A stretch of 63,306 bases of DNA, filler included, from Collodictyon triciliatum (taxonomy: Eukaryota): the NCBI GenBank assembly GCA_043381765.1. It is 12 parts of 12 records of this genome, joined end to end, with 100 filler letters (N's around TTAATTAATTAA, not from the genome) between each part and the next. Parts side by side here need not be neighbours in the genome. Positions count along the whole stretch, not along the records: positions 1 to 5,841 come from JBHJMP010004897.1; positions 5,942 to 11,781 come from JBHJMP010004898.1; positions 11,882 to 17,720 come from JBHJMP010004899.1; 9 more parts are not named here. One strand, 5' to 3'. Under the pieces are notes generated by a model that saw only the letters and a program-made list of their open reading frames with translations, searched no databases and was not told where the DNA came from. The position numbers and the translations under genes were made by a program. Below are positions 1 through 16,715 of the stretch, in pieces; position 1 is the first letter of the stretch, and each line of letters opens with the position of its first letter.

Positions 1-143
1 ATTCTTGTTTTTATTCTTGTTTTTATTCTTGTTTTTATTCTTGTTTTTATTCTTGTTTTTATTCTTGTTTTTATTCTTGTTTTTATTCTTGTTTTTATTT
101 TTATTTTTGTTTTTATTTTTATTCTTGTTTTTATTTTTGTTTT
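1..143. repeat. (ATTCTTGTTTTT)n 12-mer minisatellite inside a gamma-COP intron, at the contig end
   Basis: About 8 perfect units followed by degenerate units, read directly from the sequence. Confidence 0.95.
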
Positions 144-231
144 CATGAGAGACAAAATAAGTGGCAAATGATAGACACTTCCGTTTTGAATGTGCTCATA
201 TATCATGTGGTATTTCTCCAAGAAGTCTTAC

Positions 232-1010
232 ATCAGTGATTTTGATGAGAACGCGTATAGAATTGGCTCTAAAGTTGTCATTGGTTCCAGTCATATCCTT
301 TGTCAGTGATGCCACGAGAATGATAACATCATCTGCACATGAAGTGAGCTCCTTCAGAATCAGATAAACAACGCGGCGGAGATTGGCCTGTGTTGGAGTC
401 GATTGTTGCATGTTGGCATATTAGACTAAGTCAGCAAAGAATTACGAGAAACAAAAATGAGACATATCATCTCCAGACATCATATATTAAATGCAAAATA
501 AGCGATGATTTCATGAAACCAGACTCAAAAAAAAAAAAAAAAAAGGACTAGGAGAAAATGGAGAAAGAGAAACAAACGTCTTTGGACTGGAAAAGCTTTG
601 TCAGTGCAAAGAATAGGTCGGTGGCCTCTTTGGTGCTGAACTTATCCCCGGAGTTTATGATGTACAGAATTTTGTTGATCAAGTGGATGCACTTGGAGGA
701 GACGATGTTTGGATCGTGGAATAGGCGTGTTTCTTGAAGAACAACTCCCTTGTCAAGATTGGAGAAGGGCGAAATGTCTGGGATTCATCGGGGTAGAGGC
801 AAGGGTGAGGAAAAGGGAACGCCAATAAAAACAAAAGTTTGGGGCACTTCAAGGTTAAGATATTGAAAAAAAAAAAAGGTTCAGCCTAGTTATGTTCTTC
901 GGTTTTAGTATACTTCAGAATGGAAGAATATAGTGGTTATAAACTCATCGATGGATAAGAGGTTCAACAAAATACACTTTACTTTCGTCCTCGTTCTTTT
1001 TCCCTTCCAT
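232..1010 (-). CDS. COPG: Coatomer subunit gamma, N-terminal exons (3' truncated)
   Basis: Exons 1010-983, 777-578 and 387-232 join via GT-AG introns in frame: MEGKKNEDENISPFSNLDKGVVLQETRLFHD...ATDLFFALTKLFQSKDANLRRVVYLILKEL...DDVIILVASLTKDM...FRANSIRVL. This is the hallmark gamma-COP N-terminus. Confidence 0.95.
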
Positions 1011-1652
1011 GGTTCCGCTAGGGGTCTGCTGCTTTTCGTAGTTTTTTTTTTTGTTTTTTTTTAGAGAAGGGATAAATGCATATAGATAAAAAAAATTTCT
1101 CATCCGCTTATGTTGACCGTAAATTCCTTCTCTTAAGCTTAACACCCAGCCAACAATGGCACTGTGTGGTTGTCAAAAACGACGGCAGCTAAGGGCATCC
1201 TGTTGGAGCCGATCCAAAATAAACTTCAAAGGGCATCGTGTGGTTTGAGTATTGTTGCAACAAACAGAAGTAGAATCGTCCCACTCTTCTCGTATTGTCT
1301 GTGCGTCTTTGCTCCTCCGAACACACTAAACGTGGTTCTCCTGGCCACCTGCTTCGTGGATGTTGGCCAGTGTTTCTGCTGCTTCTGCACCAGCCGATCG
1401 TGCCTGAATAGATTAATCTGGCCGAAGGAGATTTCGTGGAATGTACCCAATTTTGGAGAATTCTATTTTCCAGAACAAGTTTAATCGATATGACTGAATC
1501 AAATCTGGAATTGATGAAAACATATATTCATTCAATACTGCATATTTTATACCGTCAATATTATATAGTATCTTCTTTTTTTTTCTTTTTTTTTTCCTGC
1601 ATTCTCCAACGAATCAGGAGCGCAGGAAAAAAAGCCGACGAAGGATCGCAAG

Positions 1653-2490
1653 ATGGACACCGTCCTTTTCGTCCCAGTCCTCGTGGCTATTCTTGAACTG
1701 TGCAGCTGGTTGTTCGATATCGTCCCGACCTTAGGAATCGTGAGTCTGTGTCTTTTCTACTTTCTTCATGCTCTTTTGCGTCTGGTCGAACAGCTCCGAA
1801 ACTACTGCGAACCCAACGAAAGCTAACCTTTGTGGTTCTGTCCTCGCTGTCTCCAAAAGTTCAGCAAAGAGCCGGAGTCGGTCAGAACGCTTCGGCAGGA
1901 ATGCAGCGATCTGCAGAGCAGAATGAAGCAGCTGAACTCAGTGGACACCTACATTGACTTTGTAAAGACGCAGCGGGAGCTCCACAAGAAGCAAAAGCAC
2001 CTGAAGGAAGCCCATTCACACCAAAGCACAAACAGCTTCGTCTTGAACATCTTTTTCAAAGCGCTGCGATACGTGGTGGAGGTGAGCCAACTTCACCTTA
2101 CTCCCCCGTCACCACTTGTGTGAGGGAAAGGGAAAGAGTGAGAGATAGAGAGAAAGCGGAAGCGAAAAGAAGGAAGAAAAAGAAAAGACAAGTGAACAAA
2201 TGAACGAGACGCTCTCCCAGTCCAAACACACTTCGAGCTGACCCAAATCCCCTTTTCGCCTGCAGGCACTCTGCTTGCTCTGGTTTGTCTACGCCTACTG
2301 GGATTCCCCCGCAGTTGTTCTGCCGAGCCCAATGCCCCTCCTGTTTCCCACCTGCGAAACCCAGACCATCCATGTCAGTGGCCCGCTTTGGCTCCTTGCC
2401 TGCCGCCGCACCTACAAGCTCCTGCGCTCCTCACTCGCCGGCCTCCGCATCCCTTCCAGACGAGCCATCCCGCCAAAGAAGTCCGCCTGA
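1653..2490 (+). CDS. GET1: GET1/WRB (CHD5-like) tail-anchored protein insertase, about 177 aa
   Basis: Exons 1653-1739, 1860-2081 and 2266-2490. Product: N-terminal TM (VLFVPVLVAILELCSWLF), coiled coil (LQSRMKQLNSVDTYIDFVKTQRELHKKQKHL), TM2 (LLWFVYAYWDSPAVVLP) and TM3 (VSGPLWLLAC). Size and topology match Get1/WRB. Confidence 0.75.
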
Positions 2491-2611
2491 CGGAAACCGT
2501 AATAAACAAGGACGTGAGCCGTGTATAATCGTCCGGGAGAAAGGATGCTGCACGCTGCCTCAGTATTGCCGCCTTGGTGGCGATGGTTTATGGGTGGGTT
2601 GGGAGAGCGCC

Positions 2612-5160
2612 TCATTGGGGTGGGGGGTTGCTGTCCCTTTCGTCTCGTCTCTCGCGGTCTCTATCGCGCCCGCGCTCTCGGTCACGATCACGATCACGAT
2701 CTCTATCACGGTCGCGATCACGGTCTCTGTCACGATCACGATCACGATCACGGTCTCTATCACGATCACGGCCGCTATCACGATCACGGCCGCGGTCACG
2801 GTCTCTGTCCCTTTCGCGGTCGCGGTCTCTTTCTCTATCCCTGTCACGATCCCTGTCCCTGTCCCTTTCACGGTCGCGGTCACGATCACGGTCTCGCCTC
2901 GGGCTATGAAGGTGAGTGAGCGTGTTAAGTCTACTTGAAGCCTGGAGGTGAGGCAAATGCCAAGAATGATAAAAGACCGCAAGTCCAAAAAAAAAAAAAT
3001 AATGAGAAACCTGTTGCTGAGGGAGCGACGAGCTTCGATGTTCAGGCGAGAGGCCAGACGTCGAGAGGGGCGCTTCAGGTGCATGAAGTTGCAGAATCCT
3101 CCACGACTGCAGACGGCCTGTTCGAACTGGCGGCAACGGGCTTCGCGGAAGTCTGTCACGGGCGAAAGCTCCCCAACGATGGGCCGTCCTGATTGCCACC
3201 ATTTGGTTAGTAATTGTGTTGGCTGCCCAGCCAAAGAGTGCAAGGCAAAGACAGAGGAATGCAACCATCGATGATAATCTATGAATGGATGTGAGAGGGT
3301 TGCTCTGAAGACGGGTGCTGCTAGTTCGTACCTGCATAGAAGCGCCCGACAAGAGCAGCCATGGCGTTTTGCGCAGAGTCTTCTTCCTCAAACTTGACGT
3401 AGACGTTTCCGAGCAGGTGGTCACACAGGTTCTCGCAGATGTTCAGCTCTTCGATCTTGCCAAAGTTAGAAAGCTCGGTGTGGACATCCTCGAAAAAGGC
3501 TTCAAAGTGTTCGTTGCACTCTTCGTCTGTGACTTGTTCGTGCTTGAGAGGGTTGAACATCTGGTGGCGCGGATTCTGGTACATGTTCATGAGCAGCAGG
3601 GTTTGGCTGTAGGCCACTTTGTTGTGGAGACGCGTGCATCGGTCACCGTGGCGGCATGCTCCAATCTTGTAGTAGAAAGGGCAATTGACGCTGCATCGGC
3701 GGTGGTATGACGGCCGGGTAAGTAACAGGATCGCCCGAGAAGCGAGTGGCAAATAGACGGGGATAGAGACAGGCAAATACAGAAACAATGTGTGGAAAAG
3801 TAATTGTTGGGAATAGGGGGTAAGAATAGATGTTAGTGTTACAATCTAGTAATGGGTGCAGATGATATTGGTTGAGATTACAGCTAGTAATAATGACTAG
3901 GTAAAACATGGCGGCCACAGAAAGGGAAAGCTATTCTATGTTGCGTAGCTAATCTAGACTTAGGCGAGTTAGGAAAAAGAGGATGGGGTAGGTTTCGATA
4001 TCAGTTGTGTTCCTGTCAAATCGTTTGTCGTCTATAATGAGTGTAAGGGCCAATAACGTGTGCTCTCAGGTAATAAAACTAGGTCGGGTAAACTCCAATA
4101 GGTATTGCTGACAACTCGCTTCACCATAGTGGGGTGGGAAGTATAACAAAAGTTCGATTCAACGACGTGGGTCTTCCAAACAGGAGCTTCACTGTCTATG
4201 CAACCACATAAATGTGCAGAGCCGGCCGCTTCTATCATGATTTTGCTAGGAAAAAAGTTTAACTTGGAAGTTGTAGATCTTAGTTCAGTTGCCGTCGAAG
4301 TTATTTGTTTTGAAGGAGGTGTAGTCTTGAATCCATAAATAGTCACAAAAGAGCATTTTCTCGTCTTTCGACAGGCTATTCACATCTAAATAGGACGAAG
4401 GCTTGGTAAGATTTCCTCTGTACACTGTGTCATTTTTGGCTGAAGTGGTTTGAGTGAGCTTATTGTGGGTAAGGAAGGTTGTCAAATAGGTAGAGCAGCA
4501 GAGGAGATGTGGTCGGTAGGTTTGAAGATAGTCACAATAGTCCTGCTGCACTGCTAGCTGTGAAAAAATGTTAGTGGCTTGTCATCCAAAGCGGAATTTC
4601 TGCTGTCTCTTTTGCAGCGCGAGTGTCGCAGCGTCCTAGCTATAATAACTGCAGCCTTCCTACTCATCCCAGCCGCAGAGTGACTTCGACTTTGTGGTAT
4701 AGTAACCCTGGAGAAACCCGGCATCTAGGCTGAAAGAATAACCTAGCCGCCAAAAGACTCATATTCTGTGTGTTCTAGCCTAACTGTCCAGCCTCTGCGG
4801 AATAAACAAAAGCTCGGCCTAATACCTGAATGTCTAGGCCCTTTCTGGGCCTGCAATCGTTGACCTGACTTGACCTAACCTGACTTGACCTAACCTGACC
4901 TGACCTGACCTAACCTAGCTAAATCAACTTCACCACAATCTAACCTAGCCTCAGGTGCTGACTAGATCCACCATCCTATCCTGCCAGAATCCTTTTGGCT
5001 TGCACAAAGTAACGTCGTTCGCAGGGTGGGAATTGAGCGGGGAAAAGTGTGCGAATAGAGAAAAGGGACAAGGAGAGGGCGGGTTTAAACAAAAGTGGGG
5101 TGGTTCGTGTGCTTACCGATCCTTCTCTGTTCCGTAGCGGGCGGCAAGATCCTCGGCCAT
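2612..5160 (-). CDS. U2AF1: U2 auxiliary factor small subunit (U2AF35), 4 exons
   Basis: Exons 5160-5117 (MAEDLAARYGTEKDR), 3690-3332 (VNCPFYYKIGACRHGDRCTRLH; UHM with ENLCDHLLGNVYVKF), 3188-3011 (ELSPVTDFREARCRQF..CSRGGFCNFMH) and 2903-2612 (RD/RE tail). All junctions are GT-AG and phases agree. Confidence 0.97.
4861..4935. repeat. Degenerate pentamer array (TGACC/TAACC/TGACT; TTAGG/TCAGG on the minus strand) in U2AF35 intron 1
   Basis: tgacctgacttgacctaacctgacttgacctaacctgacctgacctgacctaacctagc read directly. Confidence 0.85.
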
Positions 5161-5841
5161 CTAGTAGTATTTGTTACAGCACGATGAGGCGTGGTTGAGG
5201 GGTTTTTTTCGTTGCTTGAGACAAGTTTTTCCAGTGTGTTGGGAAATGGGCGAAGGTTGTTTGATCAGTGGCGTTGTTGGTTTGGCTTTTCCGCTGTATT
5301 TTAGTTTTGCGAATCTAACATATTCAAACAAATGGATGACCCACGCAGGGACTGGCGACTAATCTCAATTTGGCGATTTAGGAATGTGTTCGTGTGGTCA
5401 TGCGAATGCCATTCCATTCTATAATTCTGGAATTTATGATGAGTATTCATAATTTCTTCAAGATAATTCAATTGACGCTCAACAAGATAATGATATGTTG
5501 ATATTATTGTATATTGATAGATGCAACAAATAATACTATTATCACGCGGGATGTGACCCGAGATGCACGAAAAAACTCACTAAAGTGGCAATAATTGATA
5601 CAATTTTTATGATGCAAGTATATGCAATATGAATAATTAACATAATTATTAATATGAAAATAGTATAATATAAGTGTAAAATATAGCAAATATTATAAAT
5701 TCCAGAAGATGGTTTGACTGGCGTTCACTTGTTGACATCCTGACACGCGAATCAGGCCGCGGTTCGTTTGTTTGAATCTGCCACAGCCACCTTTGGATTA
5801 CGCAAGCAAACACAAAGCACAGGCAACGCAAAAGCGACACT

Positions 5842-5941
5842 NNNNNNNNNNNNNNNNNNNNNNNNNNNNNNNNNNNNNNNNNNNNTTAATTAATTAANNN
5901 NNNNNNNNNNNNNNNNNNNNNNNNNNNNNNNNNNNNNNNNN
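5842..5941. other. Artificial contig spacer N-TTAATTAATTAA-N; also at about 11782, 17721, 23658, 29125, 34995, 40920, 46844, 52767, 58690 and 61099
   Basis: An identical 100-nt construct with stops in all six frames separates contigs of near-monotonically decreasing length. Confidence 0.98.
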
Positions 5942-6295
5942 GGGGGCGGGTTGCGTGCCCTGTGGGGGTTTTTTTTTGTTCTTTGTTTGTTTTTTTTTTT
6001 TTTTTTGTGGATTGTTTTGTACGCATGTTACCTATGGAAAAAAAAATTATCTGTGTGCAATATTTAAATAATAGTTTGAAGCGTAAAAATAGTAAATGCT
6101 ATATGAAACATAAAATATCTCGAAATTATGAAAATAATCACAGTCCATAAAAAAAATATCAACTATCCGTAGCTTAATTCTTTACTTGCTGCATTATATT
6201 TGCATTCAAATGCACTCAATAAGTTATTTATGAGCCGATAACCCCCTGTTTTGTTATGAAAGGAACAAATAAAAAAAAGAATCATCTTTCACTAG

Positions 6296-11591
<5,296 letters not shown>

Positions 11592-11881
11592 GTGAGGCCT
11601 TCTTTTTTTTTCTTTCTTTTTTTCTTTCTTTTTTTCTTTCTTTTTTTCTTTCTTTTTTTCTTTCTTTTTTTCTTTCTTTTTTTTCTTTCTTTTTTTCTTT
11701 CTTTTTTTCTTTCTTTTTTTCTTTCTTTTTTTCTTTCTTTTTTTCTTTCTTTTTTTCTTTCTTTTTTTCTTTCTTTTTTTCNNNNNNNNNNNNNNNNNNN
11801 NNNNNNNNNNNNNNNNNNNNNNNNNTTAATTAATTAANNNNNNNNNNNNNNNNNNNNNNNNNNNNNNNNNNNNNNNNNNNN

Positions 11882-14800
11882 CAAAGATAAGGAAGTAAGC
11901 TGCTCCTCGAACACTGAAGATTGGATTTGAAGCAGGGATATTAGGAGCAAGCACATATCCGTAGACAAATCGCCCTCTGGCATTGATGATAGTAGATTGA
12001 GAACTTGGTTTTCGGCTTGTTGATACAAATCCTTGGTGTTGAATGCATTCGCATCGATCGTTTCTGTTACCGTTGCAATTGGCGGGCTTTTTGCCATATG
12101 ACGGGAGGACAAATAATCCATTGCAGTGCCAAGGTGCTCTTTGACCTTGGAAATACTTTGAGAAAACTCTACAAATGCGGCATCTTTTTTCTCTTTGTCT
12201 GCAACCAAAAGCTGTATTGAAGTCTCAAGACCGTTAATAACCTCACTTAATTCTCCTGTGATATTATCCAGCGATTCATGTCCAATGCGAAGTATTTCAA
12301 GCTTTTGGCTAACCTCTTGCTGAAACATGGGTATGGTTTCTAGGATTTGTTGGCTGGATTCAAGAATAGATTGGAACGAACTTTCTTGCTCTGATTTTAT
12401 TTGTTTCAATGCGGATTGGCAATAATCATGTATCTTTTGCTCCAAAACTATGGTTTGCTCAGTTGTCATCGTATGGCGGTCTTGCCTTAGCCCCAGAATC
12501 GCATTTTCAATATCCACATATTTTGTTTCTGCCATTCGATTTTTACCCTCAATACTTTCAACCATTTGCTCCATATTGGTACTCATATTCATGAGAATTG
12601 AATCATTTTCGCGCTTTATTTCTAGCTTCAAAAGTTCGTGCATTTGATTTATTTCTTGTGCCCAGTTACTATGCATTTGTTGAGACTCCTGCTTGCTCCT
12701 TTCCTGGTATTGATTGAATTCCTGTCGTAACTTTAGATGTTGTGTACTTTCATGGTGGATTCGCTGTTCCAATTGATTCATAATTTCGCTTAAAGAAGTG
12801 ACTTGGTCGGTAACTGTCACATTTCTCTCGGCTATTGACGAAACTTTTTCATTAACAGCCACCAACGATTGGCTCACCAAATTTGAGTTCTCAACAATCT
12901 TTTCTCGCTCGAGTGTGTTGGACTCATTTGCATCTATGAGCAAATTTGTGGATTCCACCAAAGAGTTCTGCTTTTCGACAAATTCATCAAGACACAACTT
13001 GTTTTGTTCAATCACGAGCATCATATTGGTAAACTCTTGGATAATCAAGTCGATTCGCTCGTTTGTGTTGGCTCTTTCTTTAAATTCAGTCACTTTTTGT
13101 TGCTTTTGTACTTTATTCCATTCTTCCACGGCATCCTGTACTTCTTGGATATCTTGTTTGGCTTGATGCAACGATTTTGTTACATCCCTGATTTTTTCCT
13201 CCAATAGTGTCATTGCAACTGATTTATCATCTACAACTTGACTCACTGAAGAAATAATTTGTTTTAGAGTCTGGATGTCACCAGAAATAACGCGGAAATC
13301 AGTTTGAACACTTAAAAGTGACTCATGTGTCGCTTTCACAAAGGCCTCATTTTCAGCCACAATCCCTTGAAGAGACTTTGCCTCTGCAGAAGAGCTCTCC
13401 CATTTATTACTCATCAGACTCATTTCTCTGGATAGATCTCTTTTGACCTCTTGAGAACTGAGATTATATTGCTCAATCAACAACTCCATAGCTTTTAAAC
13501 CTTGGTCAAAAACAGACTGGTGGTCTTGTAGAGCCGATTGGCGGTGATTCAAAGAATCTAGTTGAACTTGTACACCACTGTATTGCACAGAAATGTCATT
13601 CTGGTTCTCTTGGAAAGTCTGAAACTGGCCTATGATAGACTCAATAGTTTGTTTCTCAGCCTCGAACATTCGTAAGAAATCATCTCGTAATACGGATATC
13701 CTTTGGACAATGGGGTTGCTATCCTGGATTTGCAACTCGTGTAGTCTAACTCCCAGGTTAGCCTCTGACTCAACCCTTTGAGAAACCATGTCAGTGAGCT
13801 GTTCATGTAATTTTCGCTCGAGATAGAGACGATTTTGTCCTTCATCTTTTACCATAGCTTCGATTCCTTGACAAACGCCAATAATCTGGTTTATTCTATC
13901 TTCCACAGAAAGGAATCCTTGTTTTGTGGCAGACTCTAATTGCAATACCATTTTTTCCAGAGACTTCTCTAGGTTACTTGCTCTTTTCTTGTGTTCGTCC
14001 ATATAAAGTTTGATAGCTTCATCTTGTAATTTCAAATTTCCTTGCTCCTCACTAATGCGTTGTGTCCTGTCTGCCAAAAATTCGGCCACTCGGTCATGCT
14101 CATTGATTTTTTCGAGTATGTGGCGAATGTTGGATGCTTCGGAGTCCACTTTACTCAAAATTGTATCGGAAGCATATTTTTGGTCTTTGACATATTGCTT
14201 CAGCTGCTCGATATCCGTATGTGTCATCTGATGAACAACCTTTACCAACTCATCTTTAGAGGCATGTGACTTTGAGTGGGATACAAGCTCTTGAATCGTG
14301 TGTTGTATATGTTCAATAACAATATTTTTTCGCTGAATTTCTGTTCGAAACATTTGACTCTCCCTTTCAAAGTTTGTAGATATGTCTCTTTTATGTTTTT
14401 CGATTTCTCCATTCAGCTGGCGCTCTAAAGAAACCATGAGTTCTGATAGTTGCGAGACTCTAGACTCACGGGCGTATTCCACTTTTGATTGAGTTCTTAC
14501 ATGACCTCCAAGCTCATCCAGGTCAGCGATTGCCTGCGCTAGTTTTTGAGAGTCTGCGGTCATATGGGTCGATAACCTTAGTAAATGGCTACCTTGCTCA
14601 CTCTGGGATTTTTGATACTCCTTTAACATGTGGTCTAGTCCAGATATTTGCTCTTTCAAAACTGCTTGTTCAGTCTCTACTCTACCTTTGTAGTTTGACA
14701 GGGCTTGCTCGATCTGCTGGCGTGTCGATGTTATAACTTCCACACGCAGTTCACTGGCTGTGCCTACGACTTTGTTCATGTTTGATTGGATGTCTTCGAC

Positions 14801-15640
14801 TTTTATTTTCATGGCAGATAGGGAGCTTGAATATTCTTCTTGCAATTGATTACATGTGCGCTCTAATTCTCTTCGGTTGAGAGTTTGGCTGAGTTTTGAT
14901 TGAGTATCCTGCTCGATACTGTTCAGTCTTACTGAAAGTTCCTCTAATAGCTGGTTGGATGCCTGGTACTGCTTTCTCAGAATAGATACCTTTTGAGGAA
15001 GATCTTCAGAGATGGAAGCCATGGATTCTTGAATGAACTGAATTTTTGATTGTGAGGATTTGCTCGAAGTGAGTAAATCCCTTAGGTTTTGGTCAATTTC
15101 GTTCAGTCTGGAATTGGTATTTTGGGTAATTTGGTTAGTGTCTGCAGATAACTCACTTATGTCCTTGGCCAGCTTTCTTTCTATATCACCAAGTTTGGAG
15201 AATGTAGTGTTGTTGGCCTCTCTGATTTCTTGGATTTTTCGGTGGATAGACTCACTTTCTAGTCGCAAAGCCTTTAAAGCCTCAGATGAAGAAGCTTGGT
15301 CTTCTCTTAATGTTCGGAAGTACTGGTCCATTTTCTCGGAGTCTTGTTCACTTTGCTCCTCAATTGCCCGTAGTCCTCCATTAATCTCACTGACTGTCTG
15401 CTTCAGTGATGCAAATTCCATGCGCATCCTTCTTCTCTCTTCCTCCTGAGCACGAAGACGTTCGTCCACTATTCGAAATCCAGATGCAAGGTCTTTTTCC
15501 ATTTGGGATTTTAGTTTCGTGAATGACTCTTCTCGCCAATTCTCCTGATATTTGGCCAGCTCTGTCAACGAATGGATTTTTTCATGGGCTCTAGACAGTT
15601 CATTTTGTAGAGACCCAATCTTCGCCGAAAGCTCATCGAT
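11882..15640 (-). CDS. Very long coiled-coil protein, a single exon of more than 3.7 kb (internal fragment)
   Basis: Uninterrupted ORF of about 1250 codons, rich in E/Q/K/L/S with heptad character. It is preceded by a CTCTAAC branch-like site and a CAG acceptor at 15641-15643, and truncated by the contig end. Confidence 0.85.
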
Positions 15641-15781
15641 CTGAGGCACGAGTTAGAGTGCAATCCCAGACGATGGCGAACATATAAATGACGATTGAAA
15701 GAGGGTTTAAATAAATAAATAAAAATTCAGGCCAATTTTGTAGACAAAATATGTGAATTCAATAATGGAATGATGGAGTGA

Positions 15782-16715
15782 NNNNNNNNNNNNNNNNNNN
15801 NNNNNNNNNNNNNNNNNNNNNNNNNNNNNNNNNNNNNNNNNNNNNNNNNNNNNNNNNNNNNNNNNNNNNNNNNNNNNNNNNNNNNNNNNNNNNNNNNNNN
15901 NNNNNNNNNNNNNNNNNNNNNNNNNNNNNNNNNNNNNNNNNNNNNNNNNNNNNNNNNNNNNNNNNNNNNNNNNNNNNNNNNNNNNNNNNNNNNNNNNNNN
16001 NNNNNNNNNNNNNNNNNNNNNNNNNNNNNNNNNNNNNNNNNNNNNNNNNNNNNNNNNNNNNNNNNNNNNNNNNNNNNNNNNNNNNNNNNNNNNNNNNNNN
16101 NNNNNNNNNNNNNNNNNNNNNNNNNNNNNNNNNNNNNNNNNNNNNNNNNNNNNNNNNNNNNNNNNNNNNNNNNNNNNNNNNNNNNNNNNNNNNNNNNNNN
16201 NNNNNNNNNNNNNNNNNNNNNNNNNNNNNNNNNNNNNNNNNNNNNNNNNNNNNNNNNNNNNNNNNNNNNNNNNNNNNNNNNNNNNNNNNNNNNNNNNNNN
16301 NNNNNNNNNNNNNNNNNNNNNNNNNNNNNNNNNNNNNNNNNNNNNNNNNNNNNNNNNNNNNNNNNNNNNNNNNNNNNNNNNNNNNNNNNNNNNNNNNNNN
16401 NNNNNNNNNNNNNNNNNNNNNNNNNNNNNNNNNNNNNNNNNNNNNNNNNNNNNNNNNNNNNNNNNNNNNNNNNNNNNNNNNNNNNNNNNNNNNNNNNNNN
16501 NNNNNNNNNNNNNNNNNNNNNNNNNNNNNNNNNNNNNNNNNNNNNNNNNNNNNNNNNNNNNNNNNNNNNNNNNNNNNNNNNNNNNNNNNNNNNNNNNNNN
16601 NNNNNNNNNNNNNNNNNNNNNNNNNNNNNNNNNNNNNNNNNNNNNNNNNNNNNNNNNNNNNNNNNNNNNNNNNNNNNNNNNNNNNNNNNNNNNNNNNNNN
16701 NNNNNNNNNNNNNNN
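15782..16715. other. Scaffold gap (N run)
   Basis: About 934 N with no spacer motif. Confidence 0.95.

Noticed and set aside
2574-2909. Plus-strand RS-repeat ORF (a putative SR protein) and the HDHD/ITIT frames
   Set aside because: These are antisense or alternate-frame shadows of the U2AF35 RD repeat, with no RRM or independent gene structure.
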